From Antedon mediterranea (Eukaryota > Animalia > Echinodermata), in the NCBI RefSeq assembly GCF_964355755.1, contig NC_092673.1, positions 34,469,648-34,533,647 on the forward strand: a stretch of 64,000 nucleotides of DNA. The letters are read 5' to 3'. Below are positions 28,004 to 40,369 of this stretch, in pieces (position 1 is the first letter of the stretch; every line of letters starts with the position of its first letter). The notes under the pieces are model-generated. The model did no database searches. It was not told the origin of the DNA and saw nothing but the letters and a program-made list of their open reading frames with translations. Position numbers and translations under genes: made by a program.

Positions 28004-29329
28004 ATTATACAAAATGTGTTTTAATAACAACCCCACGTGGTATTATTTAATACAATGTAATTTATTAATGAATATGCATATAGAGCCTAACGTAGTAGTT
28101 TCTTAATAGAGGTTTTCTATTTCGGCGAATAGTACGATTATCACTTCATGTATAAATACCGTATGCATGTCTATTGACTAGGCACTGTAGTAACATAATG
28201 CCAGAATATTAATACCATCAGCATAATAAACTAATAAACTAATAAATGTTAAATAACATAAATATTTAGGTCATAATAATACGATGAATAGTTTAAGAAC
28301 GTAAAGGTTAAATTGAAATCCAACAAAATGAATCGCAAACACTGTCATCAACTAGTCATCTGATGCTCGCAATTCTGAGGGATACTCAGTCAACAATTAC
28401 GGCTGTTATAAAGTCATGCTCTGATGGTTTGAGTCACGCTCTGATGGTTAAATCTAACATGTTTGCAAAGCACTGACTGAAAACTTGCTGATGATAATGA
28501 TATTTATCATATCACCAATGGCCTATTGAGTCAAACCTTAATGCATTTCACGACAGCGCACACCCGCTAGAGCATATCATAATTATTGTGAATTATGCTA
28601 GCCAACGAATTTTTATAACCAGTATACTCAAATAGTGGTTATATGGAATATAGGGAGGAGGGCTTGTAAGCACAGCTCCCACTCCACATCCATCCTGTAG
28701 GATTCTATCAGGTACGGTAACTAGTGCTCTTTATTTTTAGTGCGCCCTTAATTTTGCGATGCACGAAAATAAGGTTTACAGTAGACAAATAAAGCAATAT
28801 TGTGCAAAATAAGTATCACGAAATACTTTTTTGCTAATAATTGTATGGACGAGGTTCAACTTTTCCAAAATGTACGATCGCGACAATTAAAACGCGCGAA
28901 AATTGAATTTTAGGGTACCGAAAGTTACGGTGCAAAAGTATTGCTAATCAATAACAATTTATCATTTTAGGTTTGTAAAAATAATCGTTACTGTGTTTAC
29001 TTGTATAACGCAAACCAGACAATGTCATATCAAAACTGTTGTTGATTATATAGAACGTGTATACGTTCATGGGTAGGATGTCTTTAAGAACGCATAGGCC
29101 TATACGTTTAAAAGTCGAATGTTTTTTGAACACCTACACATTAAACTAAACTTTTTTAGATGCAAACGCATATACGACATGTCACGTCTTCGAACGTGTA
29201 TACATTAAACGGTTGAACGTATTTTAGTTTTTATAACGCATACGTTATGTGGTGAACGTCTAACGCGTTCTAGCTATGTACCTACAATACGTGTATATAT
29301 GTTCGTATATTAAACGTCTTCTATGTAGA

Positions 29330-30000
29330 ATATGTGTATACGTTCAAGGGTCAAACGTTTTCTAGCTATAGTGTATACGTTTAAGGGTTAAACGTCTTCT
29401 AGCTATATTGTATACGTTCAAGGGTCAAACGTCTTCTAGCTAGAACATGTATACGTTCAAGGGTTAAACGTCTTCTAGCTATATTGTATACGTTCAAGGG
29501 TTAAACGTCTTCTAGCTAGAACATGTATACGTTCAAGGGTCAAACGTCTTCTAGCTATAGTGTATACGTTTAAGGGTTAAACGTCTTCTAGCTATATTGT
29601 ATACGTTTAAGGGTTAAACGTCTTCTAGCTAGAACATGTATACGTTCAAGGGTCAAACGCCTTCTAGCTATAGTGTATACGTTTAAGGGTTAAACGTCTT
29701 CTAGCTATATTGTATACGTTTAAGGGTTAAACGTCTTCTAGCTAGAACATGTATACGTTCAAGGGTTAAACGTCTTCTAGCTATATTGTATACGTTCAAG
29801 GGTTAAACGTCTTCTAGCTAGAACATTATATTAATTTTAGGGTTAAACGTCTTCTAGCTAGAACATTATATTAATTCTAGGGTTAAACGTCTTCTAGCTA
29901 GAACATTATATTAATTCTAAGGTTAAACGTCTTCTAGCTAGAACATGTATACGTCCAAGGGTAGCACGTCTTTTAGAACGCGTATACGTTTAAGGGTCTA
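29330..30000. repeat. 37-39-bp minisatellite with degenerate flanks
   Basis: Unit GTATACGTTCAAGGGTTAAACGTCTTCTAGCTA(GAACAT/TATT). Confidence 0.9.
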
Positions 30001-31364
30001 ACTTCGTCTAATGCATACGTTCAAGTATCAAAATGTCTTTTCTTCTAGCTTTAATCAAGGCAATGTGGTATGATTGCCTCGCTCTAATTAATTACGACTT
30101 GTTCAATTTGTGTTATTTGTTCACGTAGCTACAATTAGCTCATTCTATTTCTACACTTCACCGAAATCCTTCAAATGTATGTTTCATTTTTCCCTAACGG
30201 CAAACATTTTTGTTCAATGTTGGCTTTTCTGCAGACAGACAATACAGGCTCATATTGACAAAATTGAAGAAAAAATAGATTATAATTAACGTATTCATCC
30301 AACACACAAACTATATTGTGCAGTATTATTGAATTTTTAATATTATCTCTTCAATTTCCTCTTAAGCCATCTCGTAAAATACGAGCTTGAAAGAAAATGT
30401 ATCAAATATTATGCTGGCCTTAACATAATGTAAAAAAACAAGGATTATTTTGTTACCAACGTGGATTTAATACAGCCTTGCTCTCGAATTGTCTAATATT
30501 TAGTGTTTAATATACGGCCATTTAATTTATGAAACACAATAAGTCTATTGGTAACGATTAAGCAATAACTAATTTCTATAAGTCAGTAATCACCATCATT
30601 GTGTACGTACGTGTACTGTTATTTATTTTATTGGACTTCCACCATTGTTCTTGCTTTTTGTATTCAATATTGTCTCATCCTCAAATTCATCTCATTTGAA
30701 ATGCCTAACACGTGACTTTCTTTAGATAATGTTTGAAATGTGACGGTGTTGCTAGGCAAAATTCATTAAACAAAAAAAAAACGTTTCAAGAAAAATGTTG
30801 GATAAATTACTTGTTAGCGAATTCCTACATTGGTGAGCCATCGTTTTTTAACGCACTACACTTTTGTATATCTTTTTTGTGATCTATTAGGTGGTAAATA
30901 CAAAAAATACAATGTGTCTAAATTTGCGTTTGAATATTTAAACGTGCGTGGTTTCGTTGACGAATTTAATACATCTTTTGAACAAGCGAGTGTATTTATA
31001 TTAGGTAGACATTTTCGTGGTAAATAAAATTACTACAAAAGTGCATATGTTTACACAGTCAAAGCTGGATACCAATAATTAACTGGGCTATCGGTTTATA
31101 TAAATACATTTGAATACCGAAATTAAGTGGAAACATTTGGGACAAAACAAAATGTCCCTTTAATAGAGATGTCGCTCTGCTAAGGGGTTTGACCATAGTA
31201 TTAAAACATAATATATTAATAGAGTGATCATTGAATAGGAGTTTTCAAACAGTAGGTAGGTAGTTTGTTGTGAAAGTTATAATTTCCCTTATATTGCTAT
31301 TGCTATCTAGCCTAATGAACCATGTCCAAAACATTATTTATATATTATCAAAATACCAATTGCA

Positions 31365-32156
31365 TACAGAAGAACCCCTAATAAGGGAACACCTTTAGCG
31401 GCCTACAAAGTGTCTTCTTAAAATTGGTGTCCCCTGAATATGAGTGTCCCCTGAATATGAGTGTCCCCTGAATAGGAGTGTCCCTGAATATGAGTGTCCC
31501 CTGAATAGGAGTGTCCCCTGAATATGAGTGTCCCTGAATAGAAGTGTCCCCTGAATAGGAGTGTCCCCTGAATAGGAGTGTCCCCTGAATAGGAGTGTCC
31601 CTGAATAGGAGTGTCCTCTGAATATGAGTGTCCCCTGAATAGGAGTGTCCCCTGAATAGGAGTGTCCCTGAATATGAGTGTCCCTTGAATATGAGTGTCC
31701 CCTGAATAGGAGTTTCCCCTGAATAGAAGTGTCCCCTGAATAGGAGTGTCCCCTGAATAGGAGTGTCCCCTGAATAGGAGTGTCCCTGAATAGGAGTGTC
31801 CTCTGAATATGAGTGTCCCCTGAATATGAGTGTCCCCTGAATATGAGTGTCCCTGAATAGGAGTGTCCCCTGAATAGGAGTGTCCCTGAATAGGAGTGTC
31901 CTCTGAATATGAGTGTCCCTGAATATGAGTGTCCCCTGAATATGAGTGTCCCCTGAATAGGAGTGTCCCTGAATATGAGTGTCCCTGAATAGGAGTGTCC
32001 CCTGAATATGAGTGTCCCTGAATATGAGTGTCCCCTGAATATGAGTGTCCCTGAATATGAGTGTCCCTGAATAGGAGTGTCCCCTGAATAGGAGTGTCCC
32101 CTGAATAGGAGTGTCCCCTGAATAGGAGTGTGAGTGTCTGAGGGTTTTCTACTGTA
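31365..32156. mobile_element. Tc1/pogo-like MITE containing an internal 16-17-bp satellite expansion
   Basis: Left TACAGAAGAACCCCT, right GAGGGTTTTCTACTGTA (imperfect TIR flanked by TA). Confidence 0.5.
31427..32130. repeat. 16-17-bp minisatellite, ~40 copies
   Basis: (GAGTGTCCC[C]TGAATA[T/G])n. Confidence 0.95.
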
Positions 32157-32794
32157 ATTGTTGTCACAGGGGTCACAAGGGGGTCACCTGACGTGAAGGT
32201 TAAAATGTTTTATTTATACAGTTACAACTATATTGACGTTAACTATGTTATTAGACTATGTCCACAACATTCAACTATATTGACGTTAACTATTTTATTA
32301 GACTATGTCCACAACATTGATATGTATAAAAATACCAACTCTATATTCTATTGTTCTATCCTCGTTGCTTATTCATTGCTATTCATATTCATCATAAATT
32401 AAATTAGCGCCAATATAAACCACACACAATATAATAAAGTAATCAAACGCCTGCGAATTGGTAAATTGCTGTAAAATTGATATCATGCATAATTGGAAAT
32501 AGCAGTCATTTTACATTACGTAAACGCGTTTTCGTGACATAGTAATTGCGTTAATTAAAAGTGTACTCACTCACTTCGTCAGGTCTCTGAAACTGAAACC
32601 ACGTCTAATGGATCTGTAAAATAAGATGTACGGTAGCTTACTTACTCACAATAAATGTACGTATATAACAAATTGGAAGTACACAGGAACCTATTGTTTA
32701 ATAGGGTGACTCAAAAGAGCGGGTAGAATGTCTATAATGGTGTTTCTACTGTAGCCATTTACATGCCTGACACGGAACACAAACAACCTTAATC

Positions 32795-32921
32795 TTGGGC
32801 GCAACCAAGGACGTTAGGTCAACACAATCGAGTTGACCAATCACAAACGACAGTTCGGATGATCCATCGTGTCGTGATTGGTCAAATTACTTACGCTGCG
32901 CTAGTAGGAACCAAACTTTAA
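32795..32921. mobile_element. MITE family A copy upstream of K2P locus 2 exon 1a
   Basis: GACCAATCACAAACGA...GTGATTGGTCAA...CTAGTAGGAACCAAACTTTAA. Confidence 0.6.
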
Positions 32922-33408
32922 GTAGTGACAATAGTGGTTTTGAGATTAGCGGCAAAATATTACTCATTACGGAGGGTTAAAACTCTCATCAAAGGTATAC
33001 TAAATTTTAAACATCGTAGATAGGAGATTCTTAGATATAAACCAATTCGACTTATAATTAACTGGCTGTAAGACTTTTTCAGAGCACTTGATCTACTGAT
33101 TACCTTCTCATCTGGTCATAATGATAGCCAGTTCAAAAGGTAACCGAAAACAGAGCAGCTATATGAAAAATTTACATGAATAAAAAAATACAGTGTATAA
33201 TTCACACTTGTTTATAATATAGTATACACAAGAATCGGATAACATTAACGTGACGTCATTACATTTATACAAACCATATAGTAATATAATCATGTGCACC
33301 TGCAAAATTAATATTGAGCTTCATTATATTTTTCTTTTTAGATGACTATAACTCATTTGTATCATCACAGACTAAAAAGCATATCTCTGCTAGACAGTAC
33401 CTGCCAGA

Positions 33409-33901
33409 ATGTCGGACGACAAGGCACAAGAAGATCCCGAAAATGTGAACACTCACAAAACGGTAACCTTTAAAAGAAGCATGCAGGCGTCAGTGTACGG
33501 CGGCAAAAAGAGCACGAAGAGGAGTATCTCACGGATGTCTACCATCCTTGAGCTGCCAAACTGCAGTAGAGAGTGCCGTAAGGTGCTGCAGATACTTCTC
33601 GTCAACTTAGGCCTGTTCGCTTTTTTGATTGGATATGGCGTCCTCGGAGCGGCTATTTTTCAGGCGTTTGAAGGGCCAAATGAGGTTGAGGAACATTACG
33701 AACTATGTGATAAAAGAACTAAATTAATTGAAATGTTTGCAAATCTGACAAATATAACATTGATAGAAAGTAAGCTTGTGGAATACGAGGAGAGTTTACT
33801 GGGTGTTCACGATAAAGGATATGAAACGATTGAAGGCGAGGAAATGAATTGGAACTTCTTTGGTTCACTTTTCTTTGCGTCAACTGTAATAACTACGATA
33901 G
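33409..33901 (+). CDS. K2P locus 2, N-terminal coding exon 1a (N-term, M1, cap, pore helix 1); 447 aa if spliced to 40370
   Basis: M1 LLVNLGLFAFLIGYGVLGAAIFQAFEGP, P1 WNFFGSLFFASTVITTIG; donor G|GTAAGA at 33902 (phase 1); upstream acceptor TTTTTCTTTTTAG ending at 33341. Confidence 0.88.
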
Positions 33902-33954
33902 GTAAGACAATTGATTTAACATCACTTATCAGGCGTACGCTGGATTATAAAGGC

Positions 33955-34262
33955 GGAAAGCGGAGAGAGAAAGGTGGGTAGGGAAAAGCGGGAAAACAAA
34001 CTTGTGGAGGGAACGACGCGGAAAGAAATCGGTAAGAAAAGGTGGGGAAGGGAAATAGAGAGGGAAGTAATGTGGGAGAGAGAAAGACGTCGAGCGAAAG
34101 ACAGCGAGTCAAAAGCAGGGGGAGGAAGGCGCGGATGGACGGGAAAGGTGGGGACCGAAAGGCGGAAAGATAACTATGTTGAGAGAAAGGTGCACGGGGA
34201 GAAAGACGGACGGGATGCAGTGTAGAGAAATGCGAGAGGGGACGGCAGGGGAGGGAAGAGAT
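33955..34262 (+). repeat. Purine-rich (G/A) low-complexity tract
   Basis: Strongly G/A-biased on the + strand directly after the exon 1a donor. Confidence 0.7.
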
Positions 34263-35025
34263 CATTATTTTCACAACTTTAGTCGAGTCAGTTGTTCTGA
34301 ACGAACTCCCGTTGAGTACCACATTGCTGCCGAGGGTCCTAAATCAAATACCTTATGTCTCAGTTTGCATTTAAACTAGAGGACCAAGCAGCTAAACTGT
34401 TATTATTTCGTTATAATTATCGTAATAGTTCTACTCAGGCTATTGTTTACGATCTGAGCAATGTATGTTGCCATAGAACCTGTCAATAGTGATACTTTAT
34501 TACTACTACTACATTACTTTGGAGCTTGAATGTAATTAGGCCTAAGTACGCTAGATGACAATAATGAGTATAAGCCTAATATGAATCCTATTATTAGTCT
34601 AATGCAACTACCATTAGCGTTATAATCACGATTAAGCTTAAATTATATTTACCTTAATTGTGTCAAAAAGCACGATTATGTATTTAAGATTTTGTAATTT
34701 AGTTCAAGGAAACACATAGTATTAGCTTATGTGTTAATAATCGGTACTGTATCAATAATTTTTTCCCTGGAAAATTCTGTGATACATGGTCACATATGTC
34801 TCACATGTGAAGCCTGTATCATAGGTCTAAGCCTAAACTTAACATTAACATTATCTATCCAAACATTTAATTGTGTATAGTCGTGCAATAGTGTGTGCGC
34901 GTGTGTAATTGTAATTGTTAAGTTCTGAGGTTCATATTATCGTACAAAATATAATGTAACATAATAAATACGGTACAATATTTCGGTCTTTGACTGCTAA
35001 CTGCATGTTTTTCAGATTAAAAAAA

Positions 35026-35431
35026 ATAACAACATTACAGGCATCACAAGTGATGTAGGCCTATACTTACACTGTATTACGGAATAACAACATTACAGGC
35101 ATCACAAGTGATGTAGGCCTATACTTACACTGTATTACGGAATGACAACATTACAGGCATCACAAGTGATGTAGGCCTTACTTACACTGTATTACGGAAT
35201 AACAACATTTCAGGCATTACAAGTGATGTAGGCCTATACTTACACTGTATTACGGAATAACAACATTTCAGGCATTACAAGTGATGTAGGCCTATACTTA
35301 CACTGTATTACGGAATAACAACATTACAGGCATCACAAGTGATGTAGGCCTATACTTACACTGTATTACGGAATAACAACATTACAGGCATTACAAGTGA
35401 TGTAGGCCTATACTTACACTGTATTACGGAA
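35026..35431. repeat. 58-bp minisatellite, 7 copies
   Basis: Unit ATAACAACATTACAGGCATCACAAGTGATGTAGGCCTATACTTACACTGTATTACGGA. Confidence 0.93.
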
Positions 35432-37516
35432 TTTGCCTAGGATAGACATATTAATATACAGAGAATTATTTCGAATTATCGTGATATAACCTATACTACT
35501 ATTATAAGGATGGTAGCTTAATGTATAGCCTTAAATCTACACATTTGTAGCAGTGTATGAACCTGGAATACGTAATCATTGACGAGTGTGTAGAAGAGAA
35601 TCCCCTAACATCAAATATTCATTATAGACCTACCTAATGATGCCAACATGTGCTTGTGTTTTTTGTATATTTTTAGCGTGATCTTTACACATGTAGGCTA
35701 GGTAGACGTTATTTGTACGGTGCGATAGTGAGACGTCCAATATGCTCTAACTGGCGTTGTTAATTACCCGCTAAGATACCGATTATGCCTATTTATAACT
35801 TCAATTCAAAATTGACGATGATTCCGAGCAATTAATAACCGAATCTGTTAATTAGTAGTAAAGTCAATTGCAAATAGCAGTCATTTTTAAGATACTAGGC
35901 ATACCGAAAGCAAGCGCCTAGCAAACGTGCGCTTTCCCCGCATGTGCCTCTCCATGCAGCTGTTTAGTTATGGGTCATCGTAAATAGAGCCTAGAGACAG
36001 AATATTATTGCTAACCAAACATAACGACAAGTGCAGGTTCTCATTCATTATAAATTTACATGGGTTGTATTGGTGTAACGAACGCATTGTGTTATCTATT
36101 TATATAAGTGTACCATTAATTAACAAGATCTATGGTCATAGAGTGACACTGCGTACAGGATGATGATATAAGCGTGACTTTTTTTTCCGATATATACTGA
36201 AATACAAAAATTGAATATATCAGATTATCGTCCTGCAGTAAAGTAGTGATTCAGTATCTAATATTCATTATTTCGTTGAATGTTCTATGGAGAAATTAAG
36301 TAATTCATGATTATAGGCCTATAGGCCTACAGATGAAATGTATCTATTTGGAAACATAGGCTCGGGTTATTTATTCATTATTATTTTGAGTGTACCAAAA
36401 TTAAGTAATTTATGAAATTGATCTATTTGGAAACATACGCTCGAGTTATTAGATAATGTATTCATTTTCATAATTATAAGACATTTTTTGTTCTTATCTA
36501 CCACAACATGTACGTTTATACAGACATAGTACCTTTTTAGGGTACTGTACTTATAGCAACATAATGACATACAATGTAATTGATTCAATTTTATTAGTGA
36601 TAAAGATGAAATAATAATATATTTCAAGAAAGAAGGTAAAATTAAAGAAAGAAAATATTTATACAGTGTGAAATACAGAAGCAACTAAAGAGCAATATAA
36701 ATAATTAGAAATAGGCCTGTATTATAATAAAAAATGTATAATTGTCGTTTTAAACGTTTGTATGTTCGTTAGAAAATTAATATTGTCGTGAGCAACTACA
36801 TTTTGCAATCAACTTGTAGGCCTCCGTAAAAGATAGAATGATATAGTATTGTTTAAGCTCGTTATAAAACCAAAGGATGATATTGAATACTGTAACGCAA
36901 TCTTTGACCGATACACGCGTCGAATGTCAACACAAACGTGAGAAGGTAGTCTGGCACGCTTAGATCAGATCGTCTGACATAACCGGTGACTATTACCAGG
37001 TGCGGTTAGGCTCGTGATGACGAAAGGCCTACACTCGATGTTCGATTTATTATAGGCCCATACATTTTTGTTGCATGTGCGTATCCAAAATTGTTTAAAT
37101 TGATGGCTCAACAAAAATAGACCGGTAAATTACTAAGATGCATCATTGTCTATATAGATCTCGGCAGCAGACACCGAATGATGATTGCTTTTTAAGTATC
37201 CTCGCCTAGGAAGATGATCTGATGTTATTTGTCAACCAAGATTACCACATGCTTGTTTTAGAATCATTATTATAACGGGATACTAATTCGGTACACGGCG
37301 TATGTGACAGCAGCCACGTCCCATCTGTTGTGTATATATCTGTTAGGTCGTAATTCTTAAAAGAGTATGTAACGAAACAAGAACACCGGAGCTGGCATTT
37401 CAATGAAGTTACTCATCCCTTGATGCAGTATTACTAAACTAGGCCTGATACACAAACGTTATGGTGAATATAGGCTACTAAAGTGAGAAACAATACGGTA
37501 CGTATAATTCTGAGCT

Positions 37517-37985
37517 ATGGCGCAAGGAGAGCGACTGGACAGAGATGGATCTTTTAAAGATAATAGGCCAACTTATGTTTTATTGAAGACGGCTCCTGTT
37601 GAAGATGAAGACTACAGTATTTTGAAGCACCCTATTTGTCGCAATGCTATTAAATACACCATAGTGAACATCGGACTGTTTATACTGGCTTGCCTATACG
37701 CTTTAATGGGAGCTGTAGTTTTCAAAGCCATCGAGGGTCCCGTGGAAGAAGAAGCCTACGAAAAATTCGTGGAGTCGAAGGAGTCTAGCAGAACTGAACT
37801 CATTGACGAACTGGTTAAGTTGACTGGATACACGTCACGGTCAGTTCTTCAAAATGTATTGGATTCGTATGAAAGCAAACTGGAAGAGATTTCTGGATGT
37901 ACCATAGCGCCAACTAAAACATTTGAACCAGAATGGAATCTTCCTGGGTCGTTATTCTTTTCAGTTGTTGTCATGACAACGATAG
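37517..37985 (+). CDS. K2P locus 2, N-terminal coding exon 1b (N-term, M1, cap, pore helix 1); 439 aa if spliced to 40370
   Basis: M1 IVNIGLFILACLYALMGAVVFKAIEGP, P1 WNLPGSLFFSVVVMTTIG; donor G|GTAAAC at 37986 (phase 1). Confidence 0.9.
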
Positions 37986-39364
37986 GTAAACAATTCATTA
38001 AGTTTTTTACAGGCTCTTTTATGATTATTATATTATTTTTAATATTCTGATCAATGACAATCACTATTAGCATTTAAAAAATCAATATTGATAATAGTTT
38101 GTCTTGAATATTCGATAATTATAATAAGCAAAGAGCATCCTATTCTCGTGTTACATATTGTATGGATTAATGTACTGTACATGTAATCATAATTATTTGC
38201 GTCATATTCCTAATGTAAATTCTGTAAAATCAAAAAAAGATTTTAAGGTTAGGGTAAATACAGTGGCATATGTGGTATTATGTGACGCGGATGATTTCTA
38301 GATACAGTATCCGAGGAGAATCGGCTACAAATTTAATTTTTTAAAATTTTTTATTTCATTCAATCGAAACCAACAGCGATAATTACAGCCACTAACAGGT
38401 TTGATACAAACAAAGCCAGCACCTTGATTGGTCCTAACATTGATCAATGGCTTCTCTCGTCCAGTACCCACCTTGACCAGAGGAAAGGCATAAGCCAATA
38501 CGTCTGAGGCAGATAATAGGATAATAATTGACTTTTTAAAATTTATGGTAAAAGAAAATCAATATTTCTTACATCTGAAACCACCCCATGAGGGAAAATT
38601 GTTATTACGCCACTCGTTAAAATAATCCCCAGTCCATTAGTTATAATAATCCCCAATTGAGGATTAAGATTAAATTTGGATTAGGTCCACCGCGGATCCA
38701 CAGTAGCCAGATAAGCTCAAAGCAGTCATGGAAGGACTGCACGTAGATGATATGTCTTGTATTTAGTCATGTATTGGCTATACACCCGGAGGCATAAACG
38801 AACTAATTATATATCCGACGGATGTTATTCACCCTTAAGTCATTCAAATACAATTTCTATTACGGTACCGGCAGTCGTTAGTTTAATGAATACTGTATAT
38901 TGAATATTTGCATGAGTTAATTGTTATTACTAAAATAGCAACAGTCGATTCGTCCTAAAAGGTTAATCAAGGAAGTGGAGAGATTTACCTATTAAGTACA
39001 TAAAAGAAAAAATATATACTGCGCTTGTTCGTAACGATTGAATGTAATTTCATGTCGGATGAATATCTAACGTCGTTGAAAGTCATTACATGAATCTGGG
39101 CCACACAAACTGTATTTTCAAATTGTTTTTACATAATAAGAAGATAGAAGGGTCTTTTAATAGGGCCAGGAGGGGTTACTTGTCTATTCTCGTAGGCATA
39201 TTCAACCTACTTCTATCTCAATTGAAAGTTTTGTCGTGACGTTTTGAAACTAATAAGCTGTGGTATTTTAAAAGATTTTTTTATTTTATTTTGATTTGAC
39301 ATTTTTAAATGTTGATGTGACGTTTTCAAAGTTTTGACTCCTATGAAACCGTATGAAAGTTCCC

Positions 39365-39424
39365 GAGTACTAAGGCCTATATCTGAGTACTAAGGCCTAT
39401 ATCTGAGTACTAAGGCCTATATCT
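39365..39424. repeat. 20-bp tandem repeat, 3 copies
   Basis: (GAGTACTAAGGCCTATATCT)3. Confidence 0.85.
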
Positions 39425-40179
39425 GCGCGGAAATGTATTTTTTGAATCGAGGATGTGGGGCCAGATGCTTTACACTTTACAACTACTAGTTAAACCACCA
39501 AACCATTCAAATATATTTTAATTTGTCTTATTTCTAAACATGGAAATCGGAATGGATCAACTCTGACAGCATAATCGTAGTTCTTAAATCTCATAATTCT
39601 GTTTGTAACAGATTATTGAATGTACTAAGCTGCGTGCAATAAATAATACATATTTAACGATTTCGTGCTCACAGCATGTTACACTTCGGTATGCATCGAC
39701 GACGAAGTTAAACGGGATATAAATTACAATATATCGTGTATCTTGCATTACACATTTATCTAATGTGTATGCCTAAAGTCGTTTTGCTCACTATTCGCGC
39801 AAATCGGAACATTATCCTGGTAACCGTCCTGTGACAGGTATCTTTCGTAGTAACATGTAATATACATACCATCTAAAGATTGTTAGAACTATTTTGACGT
39901 AACACCTACGCAGAAATGTATTTTTAGAACGGAGGTGTTGGGTCGGATGCCTTACAATAATTACAATATTTAGATCTTACACGTCAACGTAAATCATGTA
40001 TACAAAATACTGTTAAATTAATTCTGTAAAGTGATTAAAAATGATTAATCCCACGTTATTTCTGGTTTGCTTTAGCGCCTTGAGTGGTAAGATTAACATT
40101 AACATTAGTATTTCATTCTGTAAGTGGCGGGCTTCCCGCTGTTGAGTGCGAATTAAATGAAAAATACAATTATTCATAA

Positions 40180-40309
40180 CATTAGGACGCAACGCAATTG
40201 GATGCGCGCAACGCATATTTTCCAAGAAGCGTTAACTTGGATGAGTTGTCGTTTATTGGTCAAAGTTGTGTCTGGTATATGCGTACGTCTCTAGTGGGGA
40301 CCCAGCTTA
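40180..40309. mobile_element. MITE family A copy just upstream of the shared exon acceptor
   Basis: AGGACGCAACGCAA...ATTGGTCAAAG...CTAGTGGGGACCCAGCTTA. Confidence 0.55.
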
Positions 40310-40369
40310 GCGGTTTAATAAATATTGTTCTCTCTCGCTAAAATTATCCTTAATATTTTATTCTTGCAG

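Noticed and set aside
31418-32176. 252-aa repetitive ORF (GHSYSGDTPIQ)n
   Set aside because: Stop-free by chance in a 16-17-bp satellite whose frame changes between units
33945-34379. Overlapping ORFs on both strands
   Set aside because: Caused by the purine-rich low-complexity tract
33409-37985. Exons 1a and 1b as consecutive exons of a three-pore protein
   Set aside because: Joining them would leave pore 1 without its YG and M2, and 1b has its own ATG and cytosolic N-terminus
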